Part shown: positions 35,154 through 43,157 of the stretch, one piece after another | Numbering within the stretch: position 1 is the first letter of the stretch | How the letters are laid out: every line of letters begins with the position of its first letter | From: a virus | IMG/VR virus record: IMGVR_UViG_3300045988_034373 | Span: 64,001 to 128,000 of that record | Direction: 5' to 3' (one strand) | Length of the DNA stretch: 64,000 nt | Translations under genes and position numbers: made by a program | Notes under the pieces: model-generated | Databases searched by the model: none | Told to the model about the DNA's origin: nothing | What the model saw: the letters and a program-made list of their open reading frames with translations, nothing else

Positions 35154-37321
35154 TGATATATTTAGTAACCAAGCAACAGTCTCTTTGGGCTTCTGACAGA
35201 TATAAGGTCATTAGTGCTGAAGAGGCTTTAGAACTATTAGCACCTCTCAGTGTAGTAGAGCTGGATACTGAAACTATGGGTTTAGACCCGTATACTAAGG
35301 AACTATTAACTGTTCAACTTGGTTGTGCAGACTTCCAAGTAGTTATTGATTGTACATCTGTTGATATACACCTATTTAAGGAGTATATGGAGAATCCACA
35401 AAGGATGTTCTTAGGTTGGAATATTAAGTTTGACTTGAAATTCCTATATCACCAGAGAATCATTCCCATGAGGGTTTATGATGGTTATCTAGCCGAGAAA
35501 TTACTTTGGCTAGGCTATCCAGCAGGTATGCACGAGATGAGCTTGAAGGCTGCTAGTATCAATTATCTAGGAGTAGATATGGATAAGTCTGTACGAGGTA
35601 AGATTATACAGACTGGATTAACAGAAGATGTTATTGTGTATGCTGCTGGTGATGTCTCTTATCTGGGTAAGATTAGAGATAAGCAACTTGAACAACTCGA
35701 AGCTAAAGGCTTATTAAAGGCTATTGACTTTGAAAATGAGTTTGTTAAGTGTCTAGCATATATAGAATATTGTGGGGCTAAGTTAGACGTAGGTAAGTGG
35801 AGAATTAAAATGACTACTGACCTTAATAACCTTGAAAGATATGAAGCAGAGCTAAATGATTGGGTAGAGCGTTATTGTCATGAATATAGTGATAAGAGCT
35901 ATACTATCAATCAAGTTATCCATATTGATAAATGGTATAAGACAGAGGATGCACTCAAAGAAGAGAGAGCTAAATTACCTCTTAATGCTGTTAGAGCACC
36001 AGAGTTTGATTCTACTGGAGCGAGTCATGACAGTGAAGCTTATGTCATTAAGCAAACTGGTAACTATTGTTCTGTAAATATGCAGGGCGATTTGTTCAGT
36101 GGGTTTGATACTAAGCCAAGATGTCATATAAACTGGACTAGTTCCCAACAAGTAATCCCATTGTTTGAAGAATTGGGATTGAATCTAAGAGTATTGGATA
36201 AGAAGACCAAGCATTATAAGAAGTCTGTGGATATTAAAGTGGTAGAACCGCAGGCATCTAAGAGTCCTCTAATTCCAATCTATATAAAGTACAAGAAAGC
36301 TGCTATCATCGTTAATACCTTTGGTCAGAAGTTCTTGAACTTGATAAACCCCGTTACTGGTAGAATACATGCCAATTTCAATCAGTTAGGAACGGATACT
36401 GGTAGGTTAAGTTCAACAGAACCTAATCTACAGAATCTACCACATGATGCTCAGACTAGAGCGTGCTTTGTTTCCGATACAGGTAACAAATGGATTTCAG
36501 CCGATTATAGTGGTCAAGAGTCATATCTAATGGCATCTATGGCTAACGATGAGGCTATGTTAGAAGAACTTACTAATGGTAGTGGTGACTTGCATAGTCT
36601 AACCGCCAAGATGGTATTCCAGCAAATCCCAAGGGATATGCCCCTAAAGGATATTAAGAAGAACTTTAAAGACCTAAGGCAAGAAGCCAAAGGTTATGAG
36701 TTCTGTTTCAATTATGGTGGTCAAGACAGTACCTTAATAAGGAATTATGGTCTTGATGCCAAGAGAGCTAAAGAAATCTATGAGAACTATATGTCAGGTT
36801 TTGCTGGCTTAAAGAGGTATCAGGATTTCAGAAGAGTAGATGTTATGCGTAAAGGTTATATCTTATTAAGTAAGATAACTGGTCATAAAGCATATATCTA
36901 TGATTATGATGAACTTAAAAGACAAATGGATAAGCAAGAAGACCCTGAGTTCTGGGCTTATTATAGAGAAATGAAGCAGGAAGACCCTGATTGTGACACT
37001 GTACAAGGTGTTAGACGTTTAGCCAGGCGTAAAGCAGAGTCTGAGAAGCAATCTATTAATTATCCAATTCAGGCTGCTGGTGCATTGTGTTTTAAGTTAG
37101 CATCTATAAAGCTATTCAACTGGCTATTAAAGAATGGCTTGTTATTCAAGGTTAAATATTGTATTCCAGTACATGATGAAATTAATCTTGAAGCTCCAGA
37201 AGAGATTTCACAAGAAGTTGCAGATATATTAGTTAAGTGCATGGTAAGTGCAGGTAAACCATTCTGTACAAGAGCACATTTAGGTGCTGATGTAGAGATT
37301 GGCGACCATTGGATTCATTAA
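35153..37321 (+). CDS. family-A DNA polymerase with 3'-5' exonuclease domain
   Basis: ExoI is ELDTETMGL, ExoII is WNIKFDLKFL and ExoIII is YAAGDVSYL. Pol motif A is ISADYSGQESYL, motif B is RQEAKGYEFCFNYGG and motif C is IPVHDEINLE. Confidence 0.95.
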   Translation: MIYLVTKQQSLWASDRYKVISAEEALELLAPLSVVELDTETMGLDPYTKELLTVQLGCADFQVVIDCTSVDIHLFKEYMENPQRMFLGWNIKFDLKFLYHQRIIPMRVYDGYLAEKLLWLGYPAGMHEMSLKAASINYLGVDMDKSVRGKIIQTGLTEDVIVYAAGDVSYLGKIRDKQLEQLEAKGLLKAIDFENEFVKCLAYIEYCGAKLDVGKWRIKMTTDLNNLERYEAELNDWVERYCHEYSDKSYTINQVIHIDKWYKTEDALKEERAKLPLNAVRAPEFDSTGASHDSEAYVIKQTGNYCSVNMQGDLFSGFDTKPRCHINWTSSQQVIPLFEELGLNLRVLDKKTKHYKKSVDIKVVEPQASKSPLIPIYIKYKKAAIIVNTFGQKFLNLINPVTGRIHANFNQLGTDTGRLSSTEPNLQNLPHDAQTRACFVSDTGNKWISADYSGQESYLMASMANDEAMLEELTNGSGDLHSLTAKMVFQQIPRDMPLKDIKKNFKDLRQEAKGYEFCFNYGGQDSTLIRNYGLDAKRAKEIYENYMSGFAGLKRYQDFRRVDVMRKGYILLSKITGHKAYIYDYDELKRQMDKQEDPEFWAYYREMKQEDPDCDTVQGVRRLARRKAESEKQSINYPIQAAGALCFKLASIKLFNWLLKNGLLFKVKYCIPVHDEINLEAPEEISQEVADILVKCMVSAGKPFCTRAHLGADVEIGDHWIH

Positions 37322-37322
37322 T

Positions 37323-37544
37323 ATGGGTAAATATTTAGACTTAAGCTCAGTAATTGATGTTGAACCACCTGTATCACAGGTATTACCTCTCATTGAGGAT
37401 GAAGACCTCCAAGATGAATTCTGGCAAAGACTTGATGAAGGATTCTTCAGAGACTTTGTTGAAGATTACTGTAAACAGCAGGACATCGAGATAATGAGGG
37501 AGATAATCGAAGAGGCATATCAATCATCTATTGATGCAGACTGA
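37323..37544 (+). CDS. hypothetical acidic protein
   Basis: ATG37323 lies directly after the polA stop (MGKYLDLSS...). Confidence 0.5.
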   Translation: MGKYLDLSSVIDVEPPVSQVLPLIEDEDLQDEFWQRLDEGFFRDFVEDYCKQQDIEIMREIIEEAYQSSIDAD

Positions 37545-38061
37545 AATTGAAAGGAAGTTCCTAACTACTAACAGCTTGTTCAAAGAGCAGGCTGTTAGGG
37601 TTATGGACATACGTCAAGGATACATAGGGATTACCGATAAGGGAGAAGCTAGAGTATCTATAAGGGATGAGAAGGCATGGATTATAGTCAAGTCCAATGA
37701 AAGACTATCAAGATTGGAGTATGAAATTCCTATTCCTAAGAAGGATGCAGAGGAGTTACTTACAAGAACCTGCGGTAGAGTTATTCATAAGACTCGTTAT
37801 ATTATTCCAGCAACATCTGGTATGTTGAAATGGGAAGTAGATGAGTTCCATGAAGAGGACGACGGGCTAATTATTGCCGAGATAGAGTTACCATCAGAGG
37901 ACACACAGTTTGATAAACCTCAATGGCTTGGTAAAGAAGTAACACAAGATAGTACTTATTATAACTCTACACTCTCTAAGACGCCTTGGAAAGCTATTCA
38001 GAAGTTACATGCTGAAGCTAAAGCCTGGGATGATTGGAGAGATTCATTAGTAAAGAAATGA
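37534..38061 (+). CDS. CYTH-domain protein (triphosphate tunnel metalloenzyme)
   Basis: N-terminal ExExK signature is TEIERKFL. Later acidic strands are EVDEF and AEIELP. Confidence 0.7.
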   Translation: MQTEIERKFLTTNSLFKEQAVRVMDIRQGYIGITDKGEARVSIRDEKAWIIVKSNERLSRLEYEIPIPKKDAEELLTRTCGRVIHKTRYIIPATSGMLKWEVDEFHEEDDGLIIAEIELPSEDTQFDKPQWLGKEVTQDSTYYNSTLSKTPWKAIQKLHAEAKAWDDWRDSLVKK

Positions 38062-38324
38062 AGTATAGGAAGAAACCAGTTATCATTGAAGCTATACAGT
38101 TTGAAGACAATGCAGATTGTATATTAGCTATTCATGAGTTTATGGGGCAGGAAACTACAAGAGTCAACTATGAGGATAAAGATAATCCTTATATAAAGAT
38201 TGAAACTCTTGAAGGTACTATGAAAGCCTCAGTCGGAGATTATATCATCAAAGGTGTGAACGGAGAGTTCTATCCTTGTAAGCCAGATATATTTGAGAAA
38301 ACTTATGAGGAAGTTACTGAATGA
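38058..38324 (+). CDS. phage N4 gp49 / Sf6 gp66-like small protein
   Basis: ATGA overlap. Sequence MKYRKKPVIIEAIQF...GDYIIKGVNGEFYPCKPDIFEKTYEEV follows the family pattern as I remember it. Confidence 0.5.
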   Translation: MKYRKKPVIIEAIQFEDNADCILAIHEFMGQETTRVNYEDKDNPYIKIETLEGTMKASVGDYIIKGVNGEFYPCKPDIFEKTYEEVTE

Positions 38325-39283
38325 AGCTGATTAAACCGTCATTTGAAATACTAGAACAAAAGCCTGGATTAGATGGGCTGTTACAACACATAGAAAGATG
38401 TGGTAGAACTTGTTATAAGTCGGAAGATAAAATAACAGAGGATAGTGCAGAGAAATTTGTAGGTATGTTAGTCAAACGTGGTCATACTGCGATGGTTGAG
38501 CATGGTACTGTATATTTGAAGTACGATATTATTGAGCATGGTTCTATGAACCTCCCAAATAAGTATCACTTCAATGAGTATTCTGTAGTAACTATCAATA
38601 ATGAACCTCTTCATGGATATGAAATTCCAGAATATAAAGAGAAGTTCAACGGACACACATATGCTTATATAACTACTAACTATAGAGTACTACTTCAGAA
38701 TGACTGGTTGGATGACCTTAAGTATCAGTGTGAGCCTTCAGAACACCACGTTAAGCGTGTTACTGTTAAGTTTGTATGCGATAGAGGTGTATCTCATGAG
38801 TTCGTAAGGCATAGAGTCTTTAGCTTTGCTCAAGAGAGTACTAGGTATTGTAATTATTCGAAGGATAAGTTTGGTGGAGATTGCACCTTCATTATTCCAT
38901 CCTGGATTGATAGTGGTGACTTTGAAATTCCTAGAACTCTACGTTGGGGTGAAAACCTAACTTATGAGGTAGAGAGAATTACTGGAGACTATAACAATGC
39001 TCCTTTAAGTGTATATTTGCAAAGCTTATTACAGGCAGAAGAAGCATATATGGAGTTGCTAAAGGAGGGTTGGATAGCTCAACAAGCTAGAGCAGTTCTT
39101 CCTAATAGTTTAAAGACCGAGTTAATTATGACTGGTACTATTGAGCAATGGGAAGGATTCTTTAAACTGAGATGTGCAAAGGACGCTCATCCTCAAGCTA
39201 GGGAGTTGGCGGTACCTCTGTATGAAGAGTTTGTCAAACGAGGATATATTACCGCACGAATATCTAAGGAGATATTATGCTAA
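38321..39283 (+). CDS. thyX: flavin-dependent thymidylate synthase
   Basis: ThyX motif is RHRVFSFAQESTRY (RHRxxSxxxxS). An N-terminal RCGRTCYKS region is also present. Confidence 0.9.
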   Translation: MKLIKPSFEILEQKPGLDGLLQHIERCGRTCYKSEDKITEDSAEKFVGMLVKRGHTAMVEHGTVYLKYDIIEHGSMNLPNKYHFNEYSVVTINNEPLHGYEIPEYKEKFNGHTYAYITTNYRVLLQNDWLDDLKYQCEPSEHHVKRVTVKFVCDRGVSHEFVRHRVFSFAQESTRYCNYSKDKFGGDCTFIIPSWIDSGDFEIPRTLRWGENLTYEVERITGDYNNAPLSVYLQSLLQAEEAYMELLKEGWIAQQARAVLPNSLKTELIMTGTIEQWEGFFKLRCAKDAHPQARELAVPLYEEFVKRGYITARISKEILC

Positions 39284-39405
39284 CAATACAAGTACTAATA
39301 GAGTATCCAGACCCAATGGATAACTGTCTACCTCCTCAAATCTACATCAGAGAATGGCGAGAGGTAGAAGTTACTCCAGAAGAGTGGTACAGAGTACTTT
39401 GCTAA
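39277..39405 (+). CDS. small hypothetical protein (42 aa, below ORF-track cutoff)
   Basis: ATG39277 overlaps the thyX end. Sequence is MLTIQVLIEYPDPMDNCLPPQIYIREWREVEVTPEEWYRVLC*. Confidence 0.3.
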   Translation: MLTIQVLIEYPDPMDNCLPPQIYIREWREVEVTPEEWYRVLC

Positions 39406-39439
39406 TCCTATTGGACACCATTATTACAGAGTATAAATT

Positions 39440-39679
39440 ATGAAAATTAATTACACATCTGGATGTACCTGCGATAGTTTAACTATTGATGGTAAAGAAT
39501 CTGCGGATTTATCTCCGAAAGTTATTAAAGATGCTATAGTAAGAGCATTGGAGAAGATTGATGATATATCAACTCTTCAAGACATCTTGACAACTGTAGC
39601 TGAGACTGGAGAGTATGAAGATTTAGGACATTGTGAACAATGTGGAGATTGGATAACCTCCTATACTCTTGAAATTTGA
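39440..39679 (+). CDS. hypothetical protein
   Basis: 79-aa ORF. Confidence 0.5.
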   Translation: MKINYTSGCTCDSLTIDGKESADLSPKVIKDAIVRALEKIDDISTLQDILTTVAETGEYEDLGHCEQCGDWITSYTLEI

Positions 39680-39680
39680 T

Positions 39681-40368
39681 ATGAAGGCTGAGGAGTACTT
39701 TGGTGACTGGATTGATGTTATTGACAAAGAGGAATTACGTAGAGTAGCAACTTGGGTTAATAAGATTAATTCAGCTAATCTATGTCCTTTCTCCTAAGAA
39801 CATCTTTAAGGCATTTAGGGCTTGCTCATTTAAGGACTGCAAGGTAGTCTTTCTTGGGCAAGACCCTTATCCTCAAAGAGGGGTAGCTACTGGGATACTA
39901 TTTGGTAATTCAGAAGATACTTCTGAGGAGTATCTATCTCCTTCACTTAAAGTAGTTAAAGAGGCTGCTATTAATTATGAAATTCCCCATAACCTTATAG
40001 AGTTTGACAATACGTTAGAGTCTTGGGCTAAGCAAGGAATCTTAATGATTAATACTGCTCTTACTTGTGAAGTAGGTAAAGTTGGAGCACACTTTGACAT
40101 ATGGAAACCCTTTATGTCTAAGTTGATTCACAACATGAGCTATAAAGACGGAGGTATGATTTATGTTCTGTTTGGTAGTCAAGCTGAGTTATTCAAGAAT
40201 GATATAGTAAACAGTCTGAAGACTATTGAGGTATATCATCCAGCATATTATGCTAGGACTGGTAAGAAGATGCCTAGTAGTGTGTTCACTGATATTAATC
40301 AAGCATTGAAGCAGCAATATAACTATCAAATAGAATTTTACAAGGAGACAGAATATGGAACATGTTAA
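39681..40368 (+). CDS. ung: uracil-DNA glycosylase (family 1-like), interrupted by a +1 frameshift near 39788-39797
   Basis: Frame 0 gives MKAEEYFGDW...NSANLCPFS then TAA (39795-39797). The +1 frame continues SPKNIFKAFRACSFKDCKVVFLGQDPYPQRGVATG...EVYHPAYY. GQDPY lies upstream of the first in-frame ATG (40045). Confidence 0.7.
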
Positions 40369-40561
40369 TAGAAAGTCGGTGAATGATAAGCTACGTAAGT
40401 ATGACCATTTAGCTAAGGAAGATGACTTCATTGAGGTTACAGAATGGGCTAATGGTGAAGGTTGGGATGTTACTATAAATGATAGGGTAATCCCACTAAC
40501 TCGTGGCGAATTAGATGCCATTGACTATCTGACTAAAGGTTTAGATTACGATACTAAATAA
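40355..40561 (+). CDS. hypothetical protein
   Basis: 68-aa ORF that overlaps the UDG end. Confidence 0.5.
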   Translation: MEHVNRKSVNDKLRKYDHLAKEDDFIEVTEWANGEGWDVTINDRVIPLTRGELDAIDYLTKGLDYDTK

Positions 40562-40572
40562 TAATTGAAAAG

Positions 40573-41223
40573 ATGAAAGAACAGAAGTTTGAATTTAGTG
40601 CTAAGAACACCTTCTTCACCTCTGACACTCACTTTGGTCATGCTAACATTATAAAGTTATGCAATAGACCATTTAAGGATGTTGGGGAGATGAATGAAAA
40701 GTTGATTGAGAACTGGAATAAAGTAGTCCCAGAGGACGGTACAGTCTTCCACTTGGGAGATTTTGCCTTCGGTGGTAGTGGACTATGGAACAGTGTTATC
40801 CCTCGTCTGAATGGACAAATCTACTTGATTATAGGTAATCATGATAGAAAGAATCTAAGACAAGGTTATATGGATAAGTTTACAGCTGTATTACCACAGA
40901 TGCAGATTCAAATAGAGAAGAGAAGTATCTACTTGAATCATTATCCATTCCTGTGTTATGGAGGTTCATATCGTGACGATGCTGATGCTGTATGGCAGTT
41001 ATTCGGCCACGTTCATTCTGGTCCTACTAGTTCTGGATTGGATTGTGATAGGTTAGTTCATCTATTCCCATATCAGTATGATGTAGGTGTAGATAACAAC
41101 AATTATACTCCAATCTCTTGGGAAGAAGTAAAGACAAAGATTCAGCACCAAATAGATGAAGGAGTAGAGAAATCTGTCAAGGAACACACAATTCCTGACG
41201 AAGTGTATAAACTAAATGACTAA
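40573..41223 (+). CDS. calcineurin-like metallophosphoesterase
   Basis: Motifs are FFTSDTHFGH (DxH), HLGDFAFGG (GDxx), IIGNHD (GNHD) and FGHVHSG (GHxH). Confidence 0.75.
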   Translation: MKEQKFEFSAKNTFFTSDTHFGHANIIKLCNRPFKDVGEMNEKLIENWNKVVPEDGTVFHLGDFAFGGSGLWNSVIPRLNGQIYLIIGNHDRKNLRQGYMDKFTAVLPQMQIQIEKRSIYLNHYPFLCYGGSYRDDADAVWQLFGHVHSGPTSSGLDCDRLVHLFPYQYDVGVDNNNYTPISWEEVKTKIQHQIDEGVEKSVKEHTIPDEVYKLND

Positions 41224-41443
41224 AATATCTTTAGAAATCGACGGTAGGGTATTATCTATGGAGTTACCTTATAATGATGCAACAGCGGAAGAACTTATTA
41301 AGGGCTTTTGTACACTGATGCATGGTCAGACATTCCTTATCTGTACTATTAAGGACTCTCTAAGAGAAGCTGCCCAAGATTATAAGGAGGATATAGAATT
41401 AGGTTATGAATCCAAACACTCTGAGGAAGATTTAAAAGGCTAG
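41216..41443 (+). CDS. hypothetical protein
   Basis: 75-aa ORF ending at TAG 41441-41443. Confidence 0.5.
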   Translation: MTKISLEIDGRVLSMELPYNDATAEELIKGFCTLMHGQTFLICTIKDSLREAAQDYKEDIELGYESKHSEEDLKG

Positions 41444-41722
41444 AAGCTGGTGAGTCATTTATCACCAGTGAGCCAGGTAACTCAATGCTTTCCGTTATAT
41501 AAAAGTAATGAGAAGCATTTGGTTACCCCTATTAAGTGGGAAGATTGTAAGGTAGGTGATGTAGTGTTCTGTAAGGTTAGAGGTTCATGTGTAACTCATA
41601 AGGTCTATGCAGTAGACAATGAGAAGGGTTGCTTAATAGGTAACAACAAAGGACACATGAACGGCTGGACTAAGAATGTATACGGACTTGCTCATAAAAT
41701 TGACCAATCATTTAAAGACTAA
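41406..41722 (+). pseudogene. S24/S26-like Ser-Lys peptidase-fold protein, split by two +1 shifts (41433 and 41491)
   Basis: Three frames join as MNPNTLRKI | KRLEAGESFITSEPGNSML | PLYKSNEKHLVTPIKWEDCKVGDVVFCKVRGSCVTHKVYAV... The GNSMxP Ser block and the later THKV Lys block are restored only after both shifts. The track lists only 41450-41722. Confidence 0.5.
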
Positions 41723-41728
41723 GAAAGC

Positions 41729-42424
41729 TTGAAAATATGTGTAACGTCTGACTTACATGGCATTCTTCCTAAAATAGAAGAGCCTTGTGAGGTAGTGTTG
41801 ATATGCGGAGATATTATGCCACTGCGTATGCAGAGGAACATCCCTCAGAGTGAAAAGTGGCTAAAGACCACATTCGCCGATTGGGTTAATAATCTCCCAT
41901 GCGAATCAGTAATCATGGTGGGAGGTAATCATGACTTTGCCTTAGCTAATATGTATAGGCAACCTCTAAAGATTAACTCAATCTTGACAAATCCTACCAA
42001 TGGTAAACTGGAACTATTAGATAATGAAGCAACATCCGTTATTAGTAAGGATGGTAAGGTATATGATATATGGGGAACTCCCTATTGTAAAATCTTCGGT
42101 AACTGGGCATATATGTATGAGCCAGAGACTTTGATTAAAGCATATGAATCTATGCCTCAGCATTGCGATATTGTTATATCTCACGATGCACCTAAGCTGT
42201 GTGGTTTAGGTGTTATTCACCAGAGATTTGACAGAGAAGATGCTGGTAATCCTTGGTTAGCTGATGAAATGCTTCGTAAACATCCTAGATACACATTCTG
42301 TGGACATATTCATAGTGGTGAGCATGAACTGCAAACCTTTGACGATATGAAGATGGCTAATGTATCTTTAGTAGATGAAACTTACACTGAAACTTTTAAA
42401 CCTTTATACCTCGATGTCGAATAA
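41729..42424 (+). CDS. calcineurin-like metallophosphoesterase
   Basis: TTG start. Motifs are VTSDLHG (DxH), ICGDIMP (GD), VGGNHD (GNHD), ISHDAP and CGHIHSG (GHxH). Confidence 0.7.
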   Translation: MKICVTSDLHGILPKIEEPCEVVLICGDIMPLRMQRNIPQSEKWLKTTFADWVNNLPCESVIMVGGNHDFALANMYRQPLKINSILTNPTNGKLELLDNEATSVISKDGKVYDIWGTPYCKIFGNWAYMYEPETLIKAYESMPQHCDIVISHDAPKLCGLGVIHQRFDREDAGNPWLADEMLRKHPRYTFCGHIHSGEHELQTFDDMKMANVSLVDETYTETFKPLYLDVE

Positions 42425-42623
42425 TAAAGTTGTAGTACAAGGAGGAGTTGGATTCCCTGGATTGTTGTTTATAGTACTGTTAGTTTGTAAACTATTTGGT
42501 GCTAACATAACATGGTTCTGGGTATTTGCTCCATTATGGATTCCGCTTGCATTAATAGCTGGATTCTTTATTGTATCAATTCTAATTGCAATACTTGTAG
42601 CATGGAAAAGAAAACTACTTTAG
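42414..42623 (+). CDS. small two-TM membrane protein
   Basis: ATG42414 lies near the upstream stop. Hydrophobic stretches are GFPGLLFIVLLVCKLF and WVFAPLWIPLALIAGFFIVSILIAILVAW. Confidence 0.5.
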   Translation: MSNNKVVVQGGVGFPGLLFIVLLVCKLFGANITWFWVFAPLWIPLALIAGFFIVSILIAILVAWKRKLL

Positions 42624-42739
42624 TAGTTGTGGACTTCCAGTATGACTTCTGTCTGCTGGGAGCACCACTCTACGTTCCTGGGTCTGATAAGGCTCTGTGG
42701 AACATTTCTCATTTAATTGAGAATAAGAAAGTTTTTTAA
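42602..42739 (+). pseudogene. nicotinamidase/isochorismatase-family N-terminal remnant (45 aa)
   Basis: MEKKTTLVVVDFQYDFCLLGAPLYVPGSDKAL... matches the PncA N-terminal block (hhhVDxQNDFC..G.L.V.G). It stops after 45 codons and I found no continuation in any frame. Confidence 0.45.
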
Positions 42740-42789
42740 TTCTAGGTTCAAAAGATTACTTAGTCCTATCATAGTACCTAGAGAACTAT

Positions 42790-42909
42790 ATGATTGACTT
42801 CCTAGAGCTAATCCTAGAATTAGTAAATGTTAAATCACGTAATGAGCTAGTGGCTCTGCTTGTTATGGGCGGAGTACTAGCCGTTATCTATTATTTGTTT
42901 CTTGTATGA
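42790..42909 (+). CDS. tiny membrane protein (39 aa, below ORF-track cutoff)
   Basis: MIDFLELILELVNVKSRNELVALLVMGGVLAVIYYLFLV*. Its stop overlaps the next ATG (ATGA). Confidence 0.3.
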   Translation: MIDFLELILELVNVKSRNELVALLVMGGVLAVIYYLFLV

Positions 42910-43157
42910 AATTATATTATTTATTCTTATTGGTAATGTTCTTCTTAATGGGTTGTACTAATTCATCTAACATTAGTGGTCCAGATGTTATAGGGACATC
43001 TAAGATGAATGGGGATGTGTACAGGTACACCATTGATGAGCATGAGTATATAAAAATGGGTAATGGCTTTGCACACTCTGGTGCTTGTAAGAAGTGCAAG
43101 AAGGAGTTGGAAAGTACTATCCGTAAAATAGTTAAGGAGGAACGTTCACAATGGTAG
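42906..43157 (+). CDS. small lipoprotein
   Basis: Signal peptide with lipobox: MKLYYLFLLVMFFLMGC|TNSS. Confidence 0.6.
   Translation: MKLYYLFLLVMFFLMGCTNSSNISGPDVIGTSKMNGDVYRYTIDEHEYIKMGNGFAHSGACKKCKKELESTIRKIVKEERSQW

Noticed and set aside
41441-41443. A single in-frame TAG separates ORF 41216-41443 from ORF 41450-41722, which is in the same frame. I considered TAG-to-Gln stop-codon reassignment, as reported for some crAss-like phages.
   Set aside because: TAG plausibly terminates other genes here (4423, 6454 followed by TAA, 42623 as TAG-TAG, 43157). The 17 kb of late-looking giant ORFs contain no in-frame TAG in the standard code. The downstream piece is better explained as the third segment of the frameshifted S24-like gene starting at 41406.
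42740-42790. A search for a continuation of the nicotinamidase stub in the other two frames.
   Set aside because: The alternative frames give NSRFKRLLSPIIVPRELYD* and ILGSKDYLVLS*. Neither resembles the expected DWHP region. Only about 50 nt are available, so I treat this as a truncation rather than a frameshift.
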